Shown here piece after piece: positions 22,805 through 32,895 of a stretch of DNA of 64,000 nt. Source of the DNA: an uncultured delta proteobacterium (GTDB lineage Bacteria; Myxococcota; B64-G9); NCBI GenBank assembly GCA_963754925.1, contig CAVWHX010000001.1:64001-128000 (forward strand). Reading direction: 5' to 3'. Under the pieces are notes generated by a model. The model made no database searches and had not been told where the DNA came from. It saw only the letters and a list, made by a program, of their open reading frames with translations. Each line of letters opens with the position of its first letter. The first letter of the stretch is position 1. A program made the translations under genes and the position numbers.

Positions 22805-24283
22805 ATGACGCACTCGAAAAGCGCCAGATTACTCGGTCCGCTGTTTTCGTTTTTTTCTTCGCTGTGCGTCAACTGGATAAGCACCGCCGGTGTTATCCTC
22901 ACGAGCTTTGCCGGATGGGCGCTGATCGTCTCGTACATTCTGCTGTCGCTTGAGTTGGTCACCAATCCGTACCTGACCACCATGGCGTTTCTTATCATGG
23001 CGGGACTGTTTGTGCTTGGCCTGGTGCTGATTCCGTTGGGTTTTTTGTGGGAGAAAATCAAAAAGAAGACCGACCACCAGGCGAACCCCCTTCAGGCGGC
23101 TTTCAGAACGGTTTTTTCAGACGACCGGGTAAAATACGTCGCCGTTATACTCACGGCGGCCACGCTGGCCAACATCTTCATGATCGGAATTGCGAGTCAC
23201 GAAGGCGTACAATTCATGGATTCAAACCAATTCTGCGGAACTCAGTGTCACAGCGTCATGGAGCCCGAGTACACGGCCTACCTACGCTCGCCCCACGCGC
23301 GCGTACACTGTGTCGCCTGTCACATCGGGCCGGGCGCCTCCTGGGAAGTAAAGGCCAAGATTTCAGGGCTTCGCCAGGTGTGGGCGATCTGGACCAACGC
23401 ATTCGCCAAGCCCATACCCACCCCGGTACACGCCTTGCGCCCCGCGCGAGAGACCTGTGAGCAGTGCCACTGGCCGGCTAAATTCCAAGGGCAGCAGATA
23501 GCCTTCTTTCAGCATTTCAAAGACGATGAAAAAAACACCCCTCAGATCACGGCGCTTTCCCTCAAGACGGGCGGAAGGGATCCGGGCGCCGGAACCTATC
23601 GAGGTATTCACTGGCACGTGAGCCCCGATGTCGAAATCACGTACGACGCTTTGGACGAATCCCGTGACACCATAGGAACGGTTACCGCCACAAAAAAGAG
23701 CGGCGAGGTCAAAGTTTTTCAGGTGAGCTCCGCCCCGAACGCGCCGGTTAGGGAACATCGAATCATGGATTGCGTGGATTGCCATAACCGGCCTACCCAT
23801 ATCTATGATTCCAGTCCGGTTCAGGCGGCGGATAGAGCTTTCGCCGAAGGCCGACTCAGTCAAAAAGTCCCGTTTCTCCACAAGACCGCGGTTGCGCTTC
23901 TTTCCCGCAACGACGTCGATCGAGATCATGCCCAGGAATTCTTTCAGGCCAAGATGTCGGAGGCCTATCAAAACGAATATCCTGACGTGAAACTATCCGC
24001 GGAAGATGTCAAAGGCGCGGCTGCGGTCCTGGCTAATCTCTACACCACAAACGTTTACCCCCGTCTTCGAATCACCTGGGGCACCTATTACTCTCATCTG
24101 GGGCATGGAGGATATGATGAGGACACCCGCGGATGCTTCCGCTGCCATGACGATAAGCACGCGACAGCCGACGGAGAGGCCATCAGCCAGGATTGCGACT
24201 TTTGCCATGAAATGCTTCAAGAACAATCTGCTCCAGAAGCGCTGTCTCCCGTTCTCAAGTCAATGCTGTCTTCAGTTGAATAG
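22805..24283 (+). CDS. NapC/NirT-family membrane multiheme cytochrome (quinol dehydrogenase)
   Basis: 3 N-terminal TM segments; FCGTQCH, SPHARVHCVACHIGPGA, CEQCH, CVDCH, CFRCH, CDFCH. Confidence 0.88.
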   Translation: MTHSKSARLLGPLFSFFSSLCVNWISTAGVILTSFAGWALIVSYILLSLELVTNPYLTTMAFLIMAGLFVLGLVLIPLGFLWEKIKKKTDHQANPLQAAFRTVFSDDRVKYVAVILTAATLANIFMIGIASHEGVQFMDSNQFCGTQCHSVMEPEYTAYLRSPHARVHCVACHIGPGASWEVKAKISGLRQVWAIWTNAFAKPIPTPVHALRPARETCEQCHWPAKFQGQQIAFFQHFKDDEKNTPQITALSLKTGGRDPGAGTYRGIHWHVSPDVEITYDALDESRDTIGTVTATKKSGEVKVFQVSSAPNAPVREHRIMDCVDCHNRPTHIYDSSPVQAADRAFAEGRLSQKVPFLHKTAVALLSRNDVDRDHAQEFFQAKMSEAYQNEYPDVKLSAEDVKGAAAVLANLYTTNVYPRLRITWGTYYSHLGHGGYDEDTRGCFRCHDDKHATADGEAISQDCDFCHEMLQEQSAPEALSPVLKSMLSSVE

Positions 24284-24476
24284 GCGTGTACCATGTATTT
24301 CGACCGGATAGCGACGTATGGCTTTGACACTGATGCGACGCCTGTGATATCGAAAAATAGTATAGACGCCATGAATTACTCGACTCGACGGTCTGCGCGG
24401 ACGAGAAATGACGGGGAGTTCGATTACGAACCTCGGGCGGGGTACACAATCCCAAAAACAAGAGTGGGTATTACCA

Positions 24477-26799
24477 ATGAAAAAGCCAATTCTTAAGCGG
24501 AGTAGTCTGTCAAATCGAACAAACATGGCAACGATTATCTTCTTCGTCGTTGCACCGTTCTTGGGATGTCAAGGACCGGCTGGCAAGCAGGGAACGCAGG
24601 GCGTCCCCGGTGTTGGTACAAACGGTACGAACGGAGCGAACGGAGCCCCTGGAATCTCCTCCGGTACCATCGTCCTAACCCTGACGGATCAGACGGGCGC
24701 CGTCATTGTCGGGGCGTCGGTCACGACCGACCCGGCATCGGTCACGGTATCGACCAACGCCGCTGGCGTGGCCACCGTGGACAACGTGCCGATTGGCGTC
24801 TATGCGGTTTTTGGGCAGAAGAACGGCTACAAAGCTTTTGAAGCGCCTGAAGTGTCGGTCACCGCCGGATCGACGGTGACGCTCGCCGGCGTTTTGGCGC
24901 CGGGGACCCCCTGGACGCTTATCGATGTGGTCGGCATCTCCGGGCCTGAAGGCGATACAGACACCTCGCCCGACACGCGCGTCACCCTCACGGGATCGGT
25001 TTTGGACAAGAGTATCGTCACCAATGGACTGCGAAACGTCGGGGTTGGCAACTACGGTATATTTAACCGGCGCCGCAACCGATAAAAACGGCACAACCAT
25101 CACGGCCTGGTCGTGGGACATAACCGGTGCGGTAGCATTGGTAGCGCCGGCCGTGACGTTAGAAAGCACGAACTCCGGCGACTCCACCGCAGTGAGAACC
25201 TGGGTAAGCTCGGCTATGACCCGTTGGGTGCGCTTTCGTCCGATGCGCCCCGGCACGTACACAGTCACGCTGACGGTGGTTTCATCGGACCAAACCGTAA
25301 GCAACAACAGCGTGGATATCTCCGTCGGTTCATTTGTCGGCCAGCAGGCCTGCGTGAGCTGTCATTCCGAGCCGGACATTGTCGGCGTAAACAAGGCGGT
25401 GTATGAGGACTATCTACAAACCGATCATGCGTCGGCATTTATTACCACCTACGACAACCCGGCTTACCGGGATCTCTGCCTCCCGTGCCATGTGACCGGT
25501 TACGATGAGTCCGCCACCAACAATGGGTTTGACGACCGACTCAGAAATGCCGGTTGGACCACGGGATCGGCGGTTGACTATCTGAAGGGTTTATACCCGA
25601 CCATTGCGGATTTTCTGGCTGCTCCGGCAACGTTAGACGTACAAACGGTCATGAACGTTCAATGTGAGGTGTGCCACGGCCCCGGCACCAATCACCCGGA
25701 GGCCGAGGCGCACCTTTCATTCGGCGCGGGTACGTGCAAACAGTGCCACCACCAACCGGTGCAATGGGCTCTTTCCCCGCACAGCCTAAAGCCGCAATCG
25801 GATGTGGCCACCGGAACCGATTGCCTTCGCTGCCATACCGGCCAGGGATTCGTGGTGGTTCAAGACCATGGGGATCAGCCGGTGTTTCCCGACAACGCGG
25901 GCGTGACCAGGACGGCCAACATGTTCGAGCCCGGCAACGCCCAACCCATCGGCTGCGCAGCCTGTCATGACCCTCATAAGGCAGTCAACTCCAATCAACT
26001 CCGGTTCGAAGGCACCGTCACGGCGCCCATGGGGTTCGACGTGCTGGCGAACAAGGCCGCGGTATGCATCAAGTGCCATGCCGACCGAAGTGATCCTCAG
26101 TACCTGGCGGATTATCTGGCCGGCAACGAGGGTAGGGGGCCGCACCACAACACCCAAGCGGATGTGCTGGTCGGACAGGGCGGCGCGGAATACGCCGGTA
26201 AAGACTACTCGGGCACCGCATTCCACTACGTCGTGACGACCAATAAATGCGTTACCTGCCATATGAATAGCTCGACCAGCGGAACCTGCGCCACGGACGC
26301 CGACTGCCCGCCGTATGCAATCTGCTCATCCGGCGCCTGCCAAAACGAGAAATTCGGCGCTCACACCTTCAACATGTCCTGGGTAAGCAGCGCCAATCCT
26401 CCGGTCGAATACGACAACGTTGCCAGCTGCAACAACACGACGACCTGCCACGTGGGGCTCACGACGTTCAACCGCGTTTTGGCCGCCGCGGCGAGTGACG
26501 GCGGTTGGGATTGCGACCCATCCACAAACGGCATCCAAGACGAGATCCAGGCGCTTCTTAACGATCTCCAAGCGTGCCTGATCACGGATCCCTTGCTTGC
26601 GGTCAACGGCACACTGACCGATTCAGGCTACGATAGGGCCGGTATCTCGGCGCAGGAACGCCAAGCCGCATGGAATTATTGGCTGATCCAAAACGACGGC
26701 TCCATGGGCGTACATAATGCCCATTACGCAGCCCGTCTTCTGCGGGACGCCTACGACGACCTGGGCTGCACGCCCGCGCTCTCGTGCCCGCGACCGTAA
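24477..26799 (+). CDS. Second large multiheme lipoprotein cytochrome c, split by a +1 frameshift at ~25050
   Basis: Lipobox FLGC, collagen-like G-X-X stretch; removing one A at 25050-25051 gives NVGVG-TTVYLTG; 8 CxxCH plus CNNTTTCH. Confidence 0.82.
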
Positions 26800-26866
26800 C
26801 GGTCATAGGCCATTGTCATTTCGAGGAGCAACGCGACGAGAAATCCAATTAGGATTCGTAGTTTTG

Positions 26867-27409
26867 CTAAGTCCAGGTGAAACGAATCGAGGTAAAGGGC
26901 TGTCCTTCCCAACTTTTGGATACGAACTCGGATTTAACATTTTTAGCGCCGCATAGCTCCAAGCCGCGTTCTATCCATCCCAGGTGAATATAATGGAGAA
27001 GAGCAAACTTCTCATCGAAACCAGACAATTTGTGTATAAATCGGTTTTTTGCTTCCTCGATTATCTCCGTCTTGCCAAAATCGTAAAGGTTGCGATGGGT
27101 AACTTCGTATTTCTTGATGTATGAAGACGGATCGCAGCCTTTCATGAGCGTCTTATAAATGGTGGTCATTACTGCTTGGCAAACAAATCGACCCCATTCT
27201 TTGGCAACTTCAAGATCCTTTTTTGCGGTGACCTCAAAAATCGCCTCCAAGCAGTGTTTGAAGGTCTCGTAGGGATACCACGTGCTGGGCAATATTTTTT
27301 GGCTGATGATCTCTAGGTCTTTAGTGGTCAGATACGTATCGAAAGCGCCGCTCTTTTCCTTTCTGATCATTTTTACCAACGCAATAAATATTGATCCTTT
27401 TACGTTCAT
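26867..27409 (-). CDS. Conserved hypothetical protein (DUF2378-like), paralog 1
   Basis: VKG start, ILPSTWYP, GWIERGLELCGAKNV, RFTW end. Confidence 0.7.
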   Translation of the reverse strand: MNVKGSIFIALVKMIRKEKSGAFDTYLTTKDLEIISQKILPSTWYPYETFKHCLEAIFEVTAKKDLEVAKEWGRFVCQAVMTTIYKTLMKGCDPSSYIKKYEVTHRNLYDFGKTEIIEEAKNRFIHKLSGFDEKFALLHYIHLGWIERGLELCGAKNVKSEFVSKSWEGQPFTSIRFTWT

Positions 27410-27657
27410 ATTGTTTGTCGACCCCCGTCTTGCTGTTTCGTTAGTAGTTTTGGAAGGTTATACGCTCGCCACTCATGAGTTCTCCGGTTGGATTTCAACC
27501 ATGGCCAACGTCTGATGCGATCATAGAGCTGAATTGATTTCGAGTCAAAAATTATGACTAGAATGAAAATGAAGGACGGAGGTGGCTTATTCTCCCCCGT
27601 TTCCTACCGGCTGCACCAGCCTTGCCCGGAAGGCGCCTCGTGGAGAGGCAAGGATTG

Positions 27658-29463
27658 TTATGCCGCCCCAGAAGAAGCGTACAGTTTGTCGATCTGTTCC
27701 TTGTATTTCTCAAGTACGAGTCTTCTCCTGAGTTTCATCGTCTGGGTGATCATACCGTTTTCAACGCTAAACGGCTCACCGATGAAAAGGAACTTCTTTG
27801 GAATTTCGTAGCCGCCATATTTTCCGTTCAAGGCGTTGAGGATTTCCGTTTCGATTAACCGAGTAATATCCCGACTGGTGACCATCTCTTTTGGATCTGT
27901 CGGCAAACTATTTTTTTCGGCATACGTCTTTAAAGCAACAAAATCAGGAACCACCAGGCAGATAGTATGCGGACGTCCTGCTCCATAAATCATGGCCTGG
28001 TCGACAAAGTGGACGAGCTTGATGTCTCCCTCAAGCGAATCCGGGAACACGTACTTTCCGTTATCAAGCTTAAACTGTTCTTTGATTCTACCGGTTATAT
28101 ACAGAAAACCATCTTCATCCAGTCTGCCGCGATCGCCGGTGCGAAAACCGCCATCCGGGGTCATGACGGCTTTGGTCGCTTCCGGTTTTTTATAGTAACC
28201 CTGCATGACATTCGGTCCATAGACGACAACCTCACCATCACAGGCGTTCGGCTCAACCACCGATTTGTCGATGACAATTTGAACTTTATCGATGGCACGT
28301 CCGACGCTGCCGATACGATAGCCGGCGGGAAAATTCATGGTGGCAGCCGGCGTGGTCTCGGTCAATCCATACGCGTCATACAGCGGAATGCCGATGTCCC
28401 AGAAGAAATGGGATATTTCCACATTCATGGTGGCGCTTCCCGTCAGCACTCCTCTCAGTTTTCCTCCCAGCCTCCCGCGAATTTTACCAAAGACAACCGT
28501 ATCGGCAATTTTGAACTTTAGATTGGTCAGAAAACTGGATTTACCCAGTGAGGCGAGTTCTCGTTTTCTTTTTGCGCTTTTTACACCCATAACAAATAAT
28601 TTTTTTGCAAGTCCGCCGGTTTCATTCATCTTTGTCCACAGACCATCGTATATCCTATTGAAGACCTTAGGAACTGCGACGAGAAACGTCGGTCGAACCT
28701 TAACAATATCGTCTACTATGGTGCTTGCACTTTCAGCCAAACCTACTGAGGCGCCCAAGTGGGCAAAGGTAATCAGCTCGCCCAATCCAAAAACATGGGC
28801 CCAGGGAAGTATGCTGAGCGTCCGATCGTCGGGAGTGAAGTAACCCTGAGCCAATTTAATTCGCGCATGCGAGTTGCTGGACAGATTACCGTGCGATAAC
28901 AATACCCCTTTGGGATCACCGGTCGTACCCGAAGTATACGTTAGAATGCCCACATCGCTCGCGGCGGGGAAAAGAGCCTTGACCGGTTTTGCGCCGCCTG
29001 CCTTTTCCAACTCCGTCATGCTGTTCTTGCCGGCGCCTTCTATGAGAATAATGTGTTTGACGGAAGGAAACGTCGGCAACACATCCTTTATTTTATTAAA
29101 CACTTTGATATTAGAGATAAGAAGTATCTTGATAGCGGCGTCGGCAATAATGTACTTCCAGATGTGGAGCAGCTCGTTTTCATACATCGGGACCAAAATA
29201 GCGCCCAGCCCGGTTGTCGCGATAAACGTCACCGCCCAGTTGATGCTGTTATTTGAAATAATACCTACCGTATCACCCTTCGTGATACCCCGTTGGCTCA
29301 TGCCGGCTCTGAGATTATCCACCCGTGTACCAAACTCCTGATAACTAACCCACTGATAAACGCCATTTTTGTCTTTCTCTCCCAAGAGAGGTCTATCAGG
29401 GAATCGAGCGATGCTTTCTTGGAAAATCTCAACGACATTATCCGGTTTGTCTAACTCGTACAT
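27658..29463 (-). CDS. Long-chain fatty acid-CoA ligase (AMP-dependent synthetase)
   Basis: YTSGTTGDPKGV, YGLTET, FRTGD, ITGRIKE. Confidence 0.92.
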   Translation of the reverse strand: MYELDKPDNVVEIFQESIARFPDRPLLGEKDKNGVYQWVSYQEFGTRVDNLRAGMSQRGITKGDTVGIISNNSINWAVTFIATTGLGAILVPMYENELLHIWKYIIADAAIKILLISNIKVFNKIKDVLPTFPSVKHIILIEGAGKNSMTELEKAGGAKPVKALFPAASDVGILTYTSGTTGDPKGVLLSHGNLSSNSHARIKLAQGYFTPDDRTLSILPWAHVFGLGELITFAHLGASVGLAESASTIVDDIVKVRPTFLVAVPKVFNRIYDGLWTKMNETGGLAKKLFVMGVKSAKRKRELASLGKSSFLTNLKFKIADTVVFGKIRGRLGGKLRGVLTGSATMNVEISHFFWDIGIPLYDAYGLTETTPAATMNFPAGYRIGSVGRAIDKVQIVIDKSVVEPNACDGEVVVYGPNVMQGYYKKPEATKAVMTPDGGFRTGDRGRLDEDGFLYITGRIKEQFKLDNGKYVFPDSLEGDIKLVHFVDQAMIYGAGRPHTICLVVPDFVALKTYAEKNSLPTDPKEMVTSRDITRLIETEILNALNGKYGGYEIPKKFLFIGEPFSVENGMITQTMKLRRRLVLEKYKEQIDKLYASSGAA

Positions 29464-29834
29464 GCAATTCCCCTTGATGGGATAGTTCTCCTTGATACCG
29501 TACCTTCCGACTCAGGTTCTAAGATTGCGTTTCATGGATAAAAATCTGATAAGAAATCGATTGATGTCTAAATCATGGGCGCTCTTAGAAGTCAATGAAA
29601 TAAGTCCTTCCGGACCCATCCCATCCGCCACCGGCGAGTGCCAGCACCACCAGAACGATGATAATGAGCCATAGAATAGAGGTACGCACCTCCTGTGGGT
29701 AGGCTGGGTTGATGGTCACCATCTCCGATAGGTATGCTGGCGTATGCCCTTGTCATTTTGCCAATCTGAGGGGTTGTTAGCAGGTTTGCGCCGAGGTGGT
29801 GCGGACAGCGTCTGCACCATCAATCATATAGTCC

Positions 29835-29863
29835 TTGACAAGCGTCACGTGACAAGTGAAACT
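29835..29863 (+). promoter_or_regulatory. higBA-1 promoter with operator palindrome gtcacgtgac (29844-29853)
   Basis: TTGACA-17-GAAACT directly upstream of the start codon (leaderless). Confidence 0.6.
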
Positions 29864-29866
29864 CTT

Positions 29867-30151
29867 ATGGTGATTAAATCGTTTGGCGACAAACACACGC
29901 GGGAACTTTTTATGACGGGTAAATCAAGACGGCTTCAACCTCATCTGTTGAGAAGGGCTATTCGCCATTTGGAATACATTGATCTCGCAACCTGCCTTGA
30001 TGACCTGAGAGTTCCACCAAGCAACCACCTCCATGCATCGAAAGGAGATCGGGAAGGTCAGTACGCGATTTCGATCAATGACCAATGGAGAATTTGTTTT
30101 CGCTTTGCAGATGGTGATGCGTATGACGTTGAAATTTCAGATTACCACTAG
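29867..30151 (+). CDS. higB: HigB (RelE/ParE-type) toxin
   Basis: IKSFGDK, LRVPPSNHLH, SINDQWRICFRF, EISDYH. Confidence 0.9.
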   Translation: MVIKSFGDKHTRELFMTGKSRRLQPHLLRRAIRHLEYIDLATCLDDLRVPPSNHLHASKGDREGQYAISINDQWRICFRFADGDAYDVEISDYH

Positions 30152-30161
30152 GGAGAAACCT

Positions 30162-30476
30162 ATGAGTATCGAACGTAAGGAAACCCGTGAAATACCTCCC
30201 ACTCATCCGGGAGAAATGCTCCGTGAAGACTTTCTGCCTGACTATGGTCTTTCGACCGCTACGTTGGCTGAATCGCTTAGCGTTTCTCGCCAGACTATCA
30301 ATGAGCTTCTGCGGGAGCGGCGGGCAGTGAGCCCAGCAATGGCCTTGCGGCTTTCCCGATTGTTTGGCAATACCCCGGAATTCTGGATAAACGCCCAGCG
30401 GTCCTATGATCTGTGGCAGGCCAAGAAGAGCTATCGAAAGGCTATAAAAAAAATTAAACCCCTTCGTGCAGCATGA
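30162..30476 (+). CDS. higA: HigA antitoxin (HTH-XRE)
   Basis: PTHPGEMLREDFL, SPAMALRLSRLFG, EFWINAQ. Confidence 0.92.
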   Translation: MSIERKETREIPPTHPGEMLREDFLPDYGLSTATLAESLSVSRQTINELLRERRAVSPAMALRLSRLFGNTPEFWINAQRSYDLWQAKKSYRKAIKKIKPLRAA

Positions 30477-30505
30477 GGTAGGGGTCAAGCGTGTGCGTAG
30501 TTCTG

Positions 30506-31054
30506 CTAGGTCCAACTGAAGCGAATCGAGGTAGCGGGCTGGCCTTCCCAACTTTTGGTAACGAACTCGGATTTAACATTTTTAGCGCCGCATAGTTCCA
30601 GGCCGCGTTCTAGCCATCCCTGGATAGGATAGTAGCCAAGAGCAAACTGCGCATCGAAATCAGACAATGTGTATACCGCTTGGTTTTCTCCCTCCGCAAC
30701 TACCTCGGTCTTGCCGAAATCGTAAATGTTACGATAGGTAGTCTGGTATTTCTTGATGAAGGAAAACGGATCGCAGTTTTTCACGACATTCGCATAAATG
30801 CCGGTCATTACTGTTTGGCAAGCTGCTCGACCCCATTCCTTGGCGACTTCAAGATCATTTTTTGCGACGACCTCAAAAACAGCTTGGAGGCAGCGTTTGT
30901 AAATTTCATAGGGATACCACGTGCTGGGCAACAATTTTTGGCTGATGATTTCACGGTCTTTCTTGGTCAGATACGTATCATAAACGCCGCTCTTGTCCTT
31001 TTTGATCATTTTTACCAACTCAATAAATACTGGGCCTTTTACCTTCTTATCCAT
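30506..31054 (-). CDS. Conserved hypothetical protein (DUF2378-like), paralog 2
   Basis: Highly similar to 26867-27409 in protein, DNA and upstream region. Confidence 0.7.
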   Translation of the reverse strand: MDKKVKGPVFIELVKMIKKDKSGVYDTYLTKKDREIISQKLLPSTWYPYEIYKRCLQAVFEVVAKNDLEVAKEWGRAACQTVMTGIYANVVKNCDPFSFIKKYQTTYRNIYDFGKTEVVAEGENQAVYTLSDFDAQFALGYYPIQGWLERGLELCGAKNVKSEFVTKSWEGQPATSIRFSWT

Positions 31055-31122
31055 GGTCGCCCACCTTCTCACCGTTTCGTTAGCAGTTTTGTAAGGTTAT
31101 ACGCTCGCCGCTCAGGTGATCC

Positions 31123-31905
31123 CTACTTCGACATCTTCCGCGACCCGGAGAACAATCCTCCGCCTCCCCCCGAGCCGCCGGCATATCCGGACGAGGTCAC
31201 CAGGGAATCCGGCACGGGCAGTCCCTTCAGGAAATCAACCAGTTTTCTGGTGATATTAGTCCGCAGGTATTCGATGTCCGAATCGCTCAAATTATCGCTG
31301 GCGATTTTGATGGGCTGGCCCGCGGCGTCAGTCTCAGCCGCGAACCACACCTCGGGATGGGGGTGAAGTTCCTTGATGGTGAACATGCCGACCACATCGC
31401 CCGTGGAAACCATGATGACGCGCCCTTCCAGGATCGCCCCAAATACGTCATGTTGGGGTTGTAGCGTGCGGGCGCCATTGGGCGCATCGGCACTCTGGGA
31501 GGAGACGGTTCCCAGCATCCACGCTCCAAGCTTGACGCTGACGATCTCGACGATAAAGTCCGTGTCGATTTTTTTGCGGATGTCCGCATAATTCAGCTCG
31601 CCGCCGGCGCGACTCAGGACTTCCTTTAACAACGACCGGTCCCGAACCGTGAAATTGGCCTCCAGCAGGCCTTTTTCGATGTAACTATACAGAGAATTGT
31701 AGGACATCATTTCCGATTGGGTGATGTCCTTCGGCGAGTCGGGAACCCTCAGGACGACCTTGGGGGCGGGGTTTTTGCTCAAGAAGTCCTTCCACGAGTC
31801 CTTGAGGACGAAATCGTTATGGGCTTGATACGTCATAATCTCTGACGTCACGCAGCCCGAAACGGTCAACAGAAGGAAAAGAAACAAGAATTTTTTCGAA
31901 GCCAT
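31123..31905 (-). CDS. Hypothetical lipoprotein
   Basis: MASKKFLFLFLLLTVSGC lipobox; GGAG RBS. Confidence 0.7.
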   Translation of the reverse strand: MASKKFLFLFLLLTVSGCVTSEIMTYQAHNDFVLKDSWKDFLSKNPAPKVVLRVPDSPKDITQSEMMSYNSLYSYIEKGLLEANFTVRDRSLLKEVLSRAGGELNYADIRKKIDTDFIVEIVSVKLGAWMLGTVSSQSADAPNGARTLQPQHDVFGAILEGRVIMVSTGDVVGMFTIKELHPHPEVWFAAETDAAGQPIKIASDNLSDSDIEYLRTNITRKLVDFLKGLPVPDSLVTSSGYAGGSGGGGGLFSGSRKMSK

Positions 31906-32040
31906 AGGTACTTTCTCCCTACCTCGGAATAACGTAGTTAGTGGATATGGATAGAATAACCCCCCCCACGACGATAGGAAGCATATACCCTTTCCCCAGT
32001 AGTCGCAAGAATCGGACCGGCTTCCCCCCATGCTGCTTTG

Positions 32041-32067
32041 CTTTTACGTAAAATTTTTGTGCGGTAA
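32041..32067 (-). other. dif-like XerC/XerD site 1 (5-bp spacer, degenerate)
   Basis: Minus strand TTACCGCACAA AAATT TTACGTAAAAG. Confidence 0.6.
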
Positions 32068-32108
32068 TGAGCCGGAGGGGCGGTTCGCGAACCGCACCTA
32101 CAAACTGC

Positions 32109-32153
32109 TTGAAAAGCTTATTTACTAATGGTATGTTATTTACCAATGGTAAA
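32109..32153 (+). promoter_or_regulatory. TetR-gene promoter with two operator copies
   Basis: TTGAAA-17-TATGTT; palindrome tttacca-a-tggtaaa (32139-32153) and imperfect copy (32121-32135). Confidence 0.65.
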
Positions 32154-32181
32154 CTTAAACCCTTCAGCCAAGGTGAGGAAG

Positions 32182-32862
32182 ATGACCGTGCAGGAGCAGG
32201 ATACGCATAAAGCGGTCTGCCGTCAGAGAAGAGAAAGGGAAAAGAATCAGCGGATTCAGAGCATCCTTGCGGCCGCGAGAAACGTGTTCTCTTCAAAAGG
32301 GTACCTTAAATCGACCATGGACGAAATCGCCTTGGCTGCCGAGATAACCAAACCCACCATCTATCTATACTTTAAAACCAAGGACGATCTGTTGTTGAGC
32401 CTCATGCAACCGTTGATCGACGATATTCGGCGCCAGCTAGAAATCGTCGAAGAGAAACTTCTGTCCGGCAAAATCAAAGACGGCTCCGATCTGATTACCG
32501 GCATCTTCCGCGCTTTCTATCACGGATATGAATCCTTGCCGGAAACGTTTCGCATCGTTCAATTATTTCAGCAACAGGACCTGATAAGCGAGCTGAGACC
32601 GGAAATTCGTGCTGCTTTGGATGGTAGAGGCCGGATCAACTTCGATGTGTGCCGCCGTCTGCTGACCAAGGGCATGGAGCTGGGGTTGATCAAAAAGGTG
32701 GATGTCTATCCCATGGCGGACGTGATCTGGGGGTTGGTGGTCGGCGTGATTCAACTGGAAGATTTTAAACACGACGAACAGAAGGGCCACCGATTAAAAA
32801 AGAAAACGCTGGGTCTAGCGGTACGTCTGATGGTGGATTCGCTTACGAGCGTACCCAACTAA
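32182..32862 (+). CDS. TetR/AcrR family transcriptional regulator
   Basis: ILAAARNVFSSKGY..TMDEIA..AEITKPTIYLYFKTKDDL. Confidence 0.92.
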   Translation: MTVQEQDTHKAVCRQRREREKNQRIQSILAAARNVFSSKGYLKSTMDEIALAAEITKPTIYLYFKTKDDLLLSLMQPLIDDIRRQLEIVEEKLLSGKIKDGSDLITGIFRAFYHGYESLPETFRIVQLFQQQDLISELRPEIRAALDGRGRINFDVCRRLLTKGMELGLIKKVDVYPMADVIWGLVVGVIQLEDFKHDEQKGHRLKKKTLGLAVRLMVDSLTSVPN

Positions 32863-32895
32863 CCTCATCCGAAGAGCAAACAGGAGAAACAGAAC

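Noticed and set aside
24925..25085. Programmed ribosomal frameshift in the cytochrome gene
   Set aside because: No slippery heptamer or stimulatory structure seen; a single extra A explains it.
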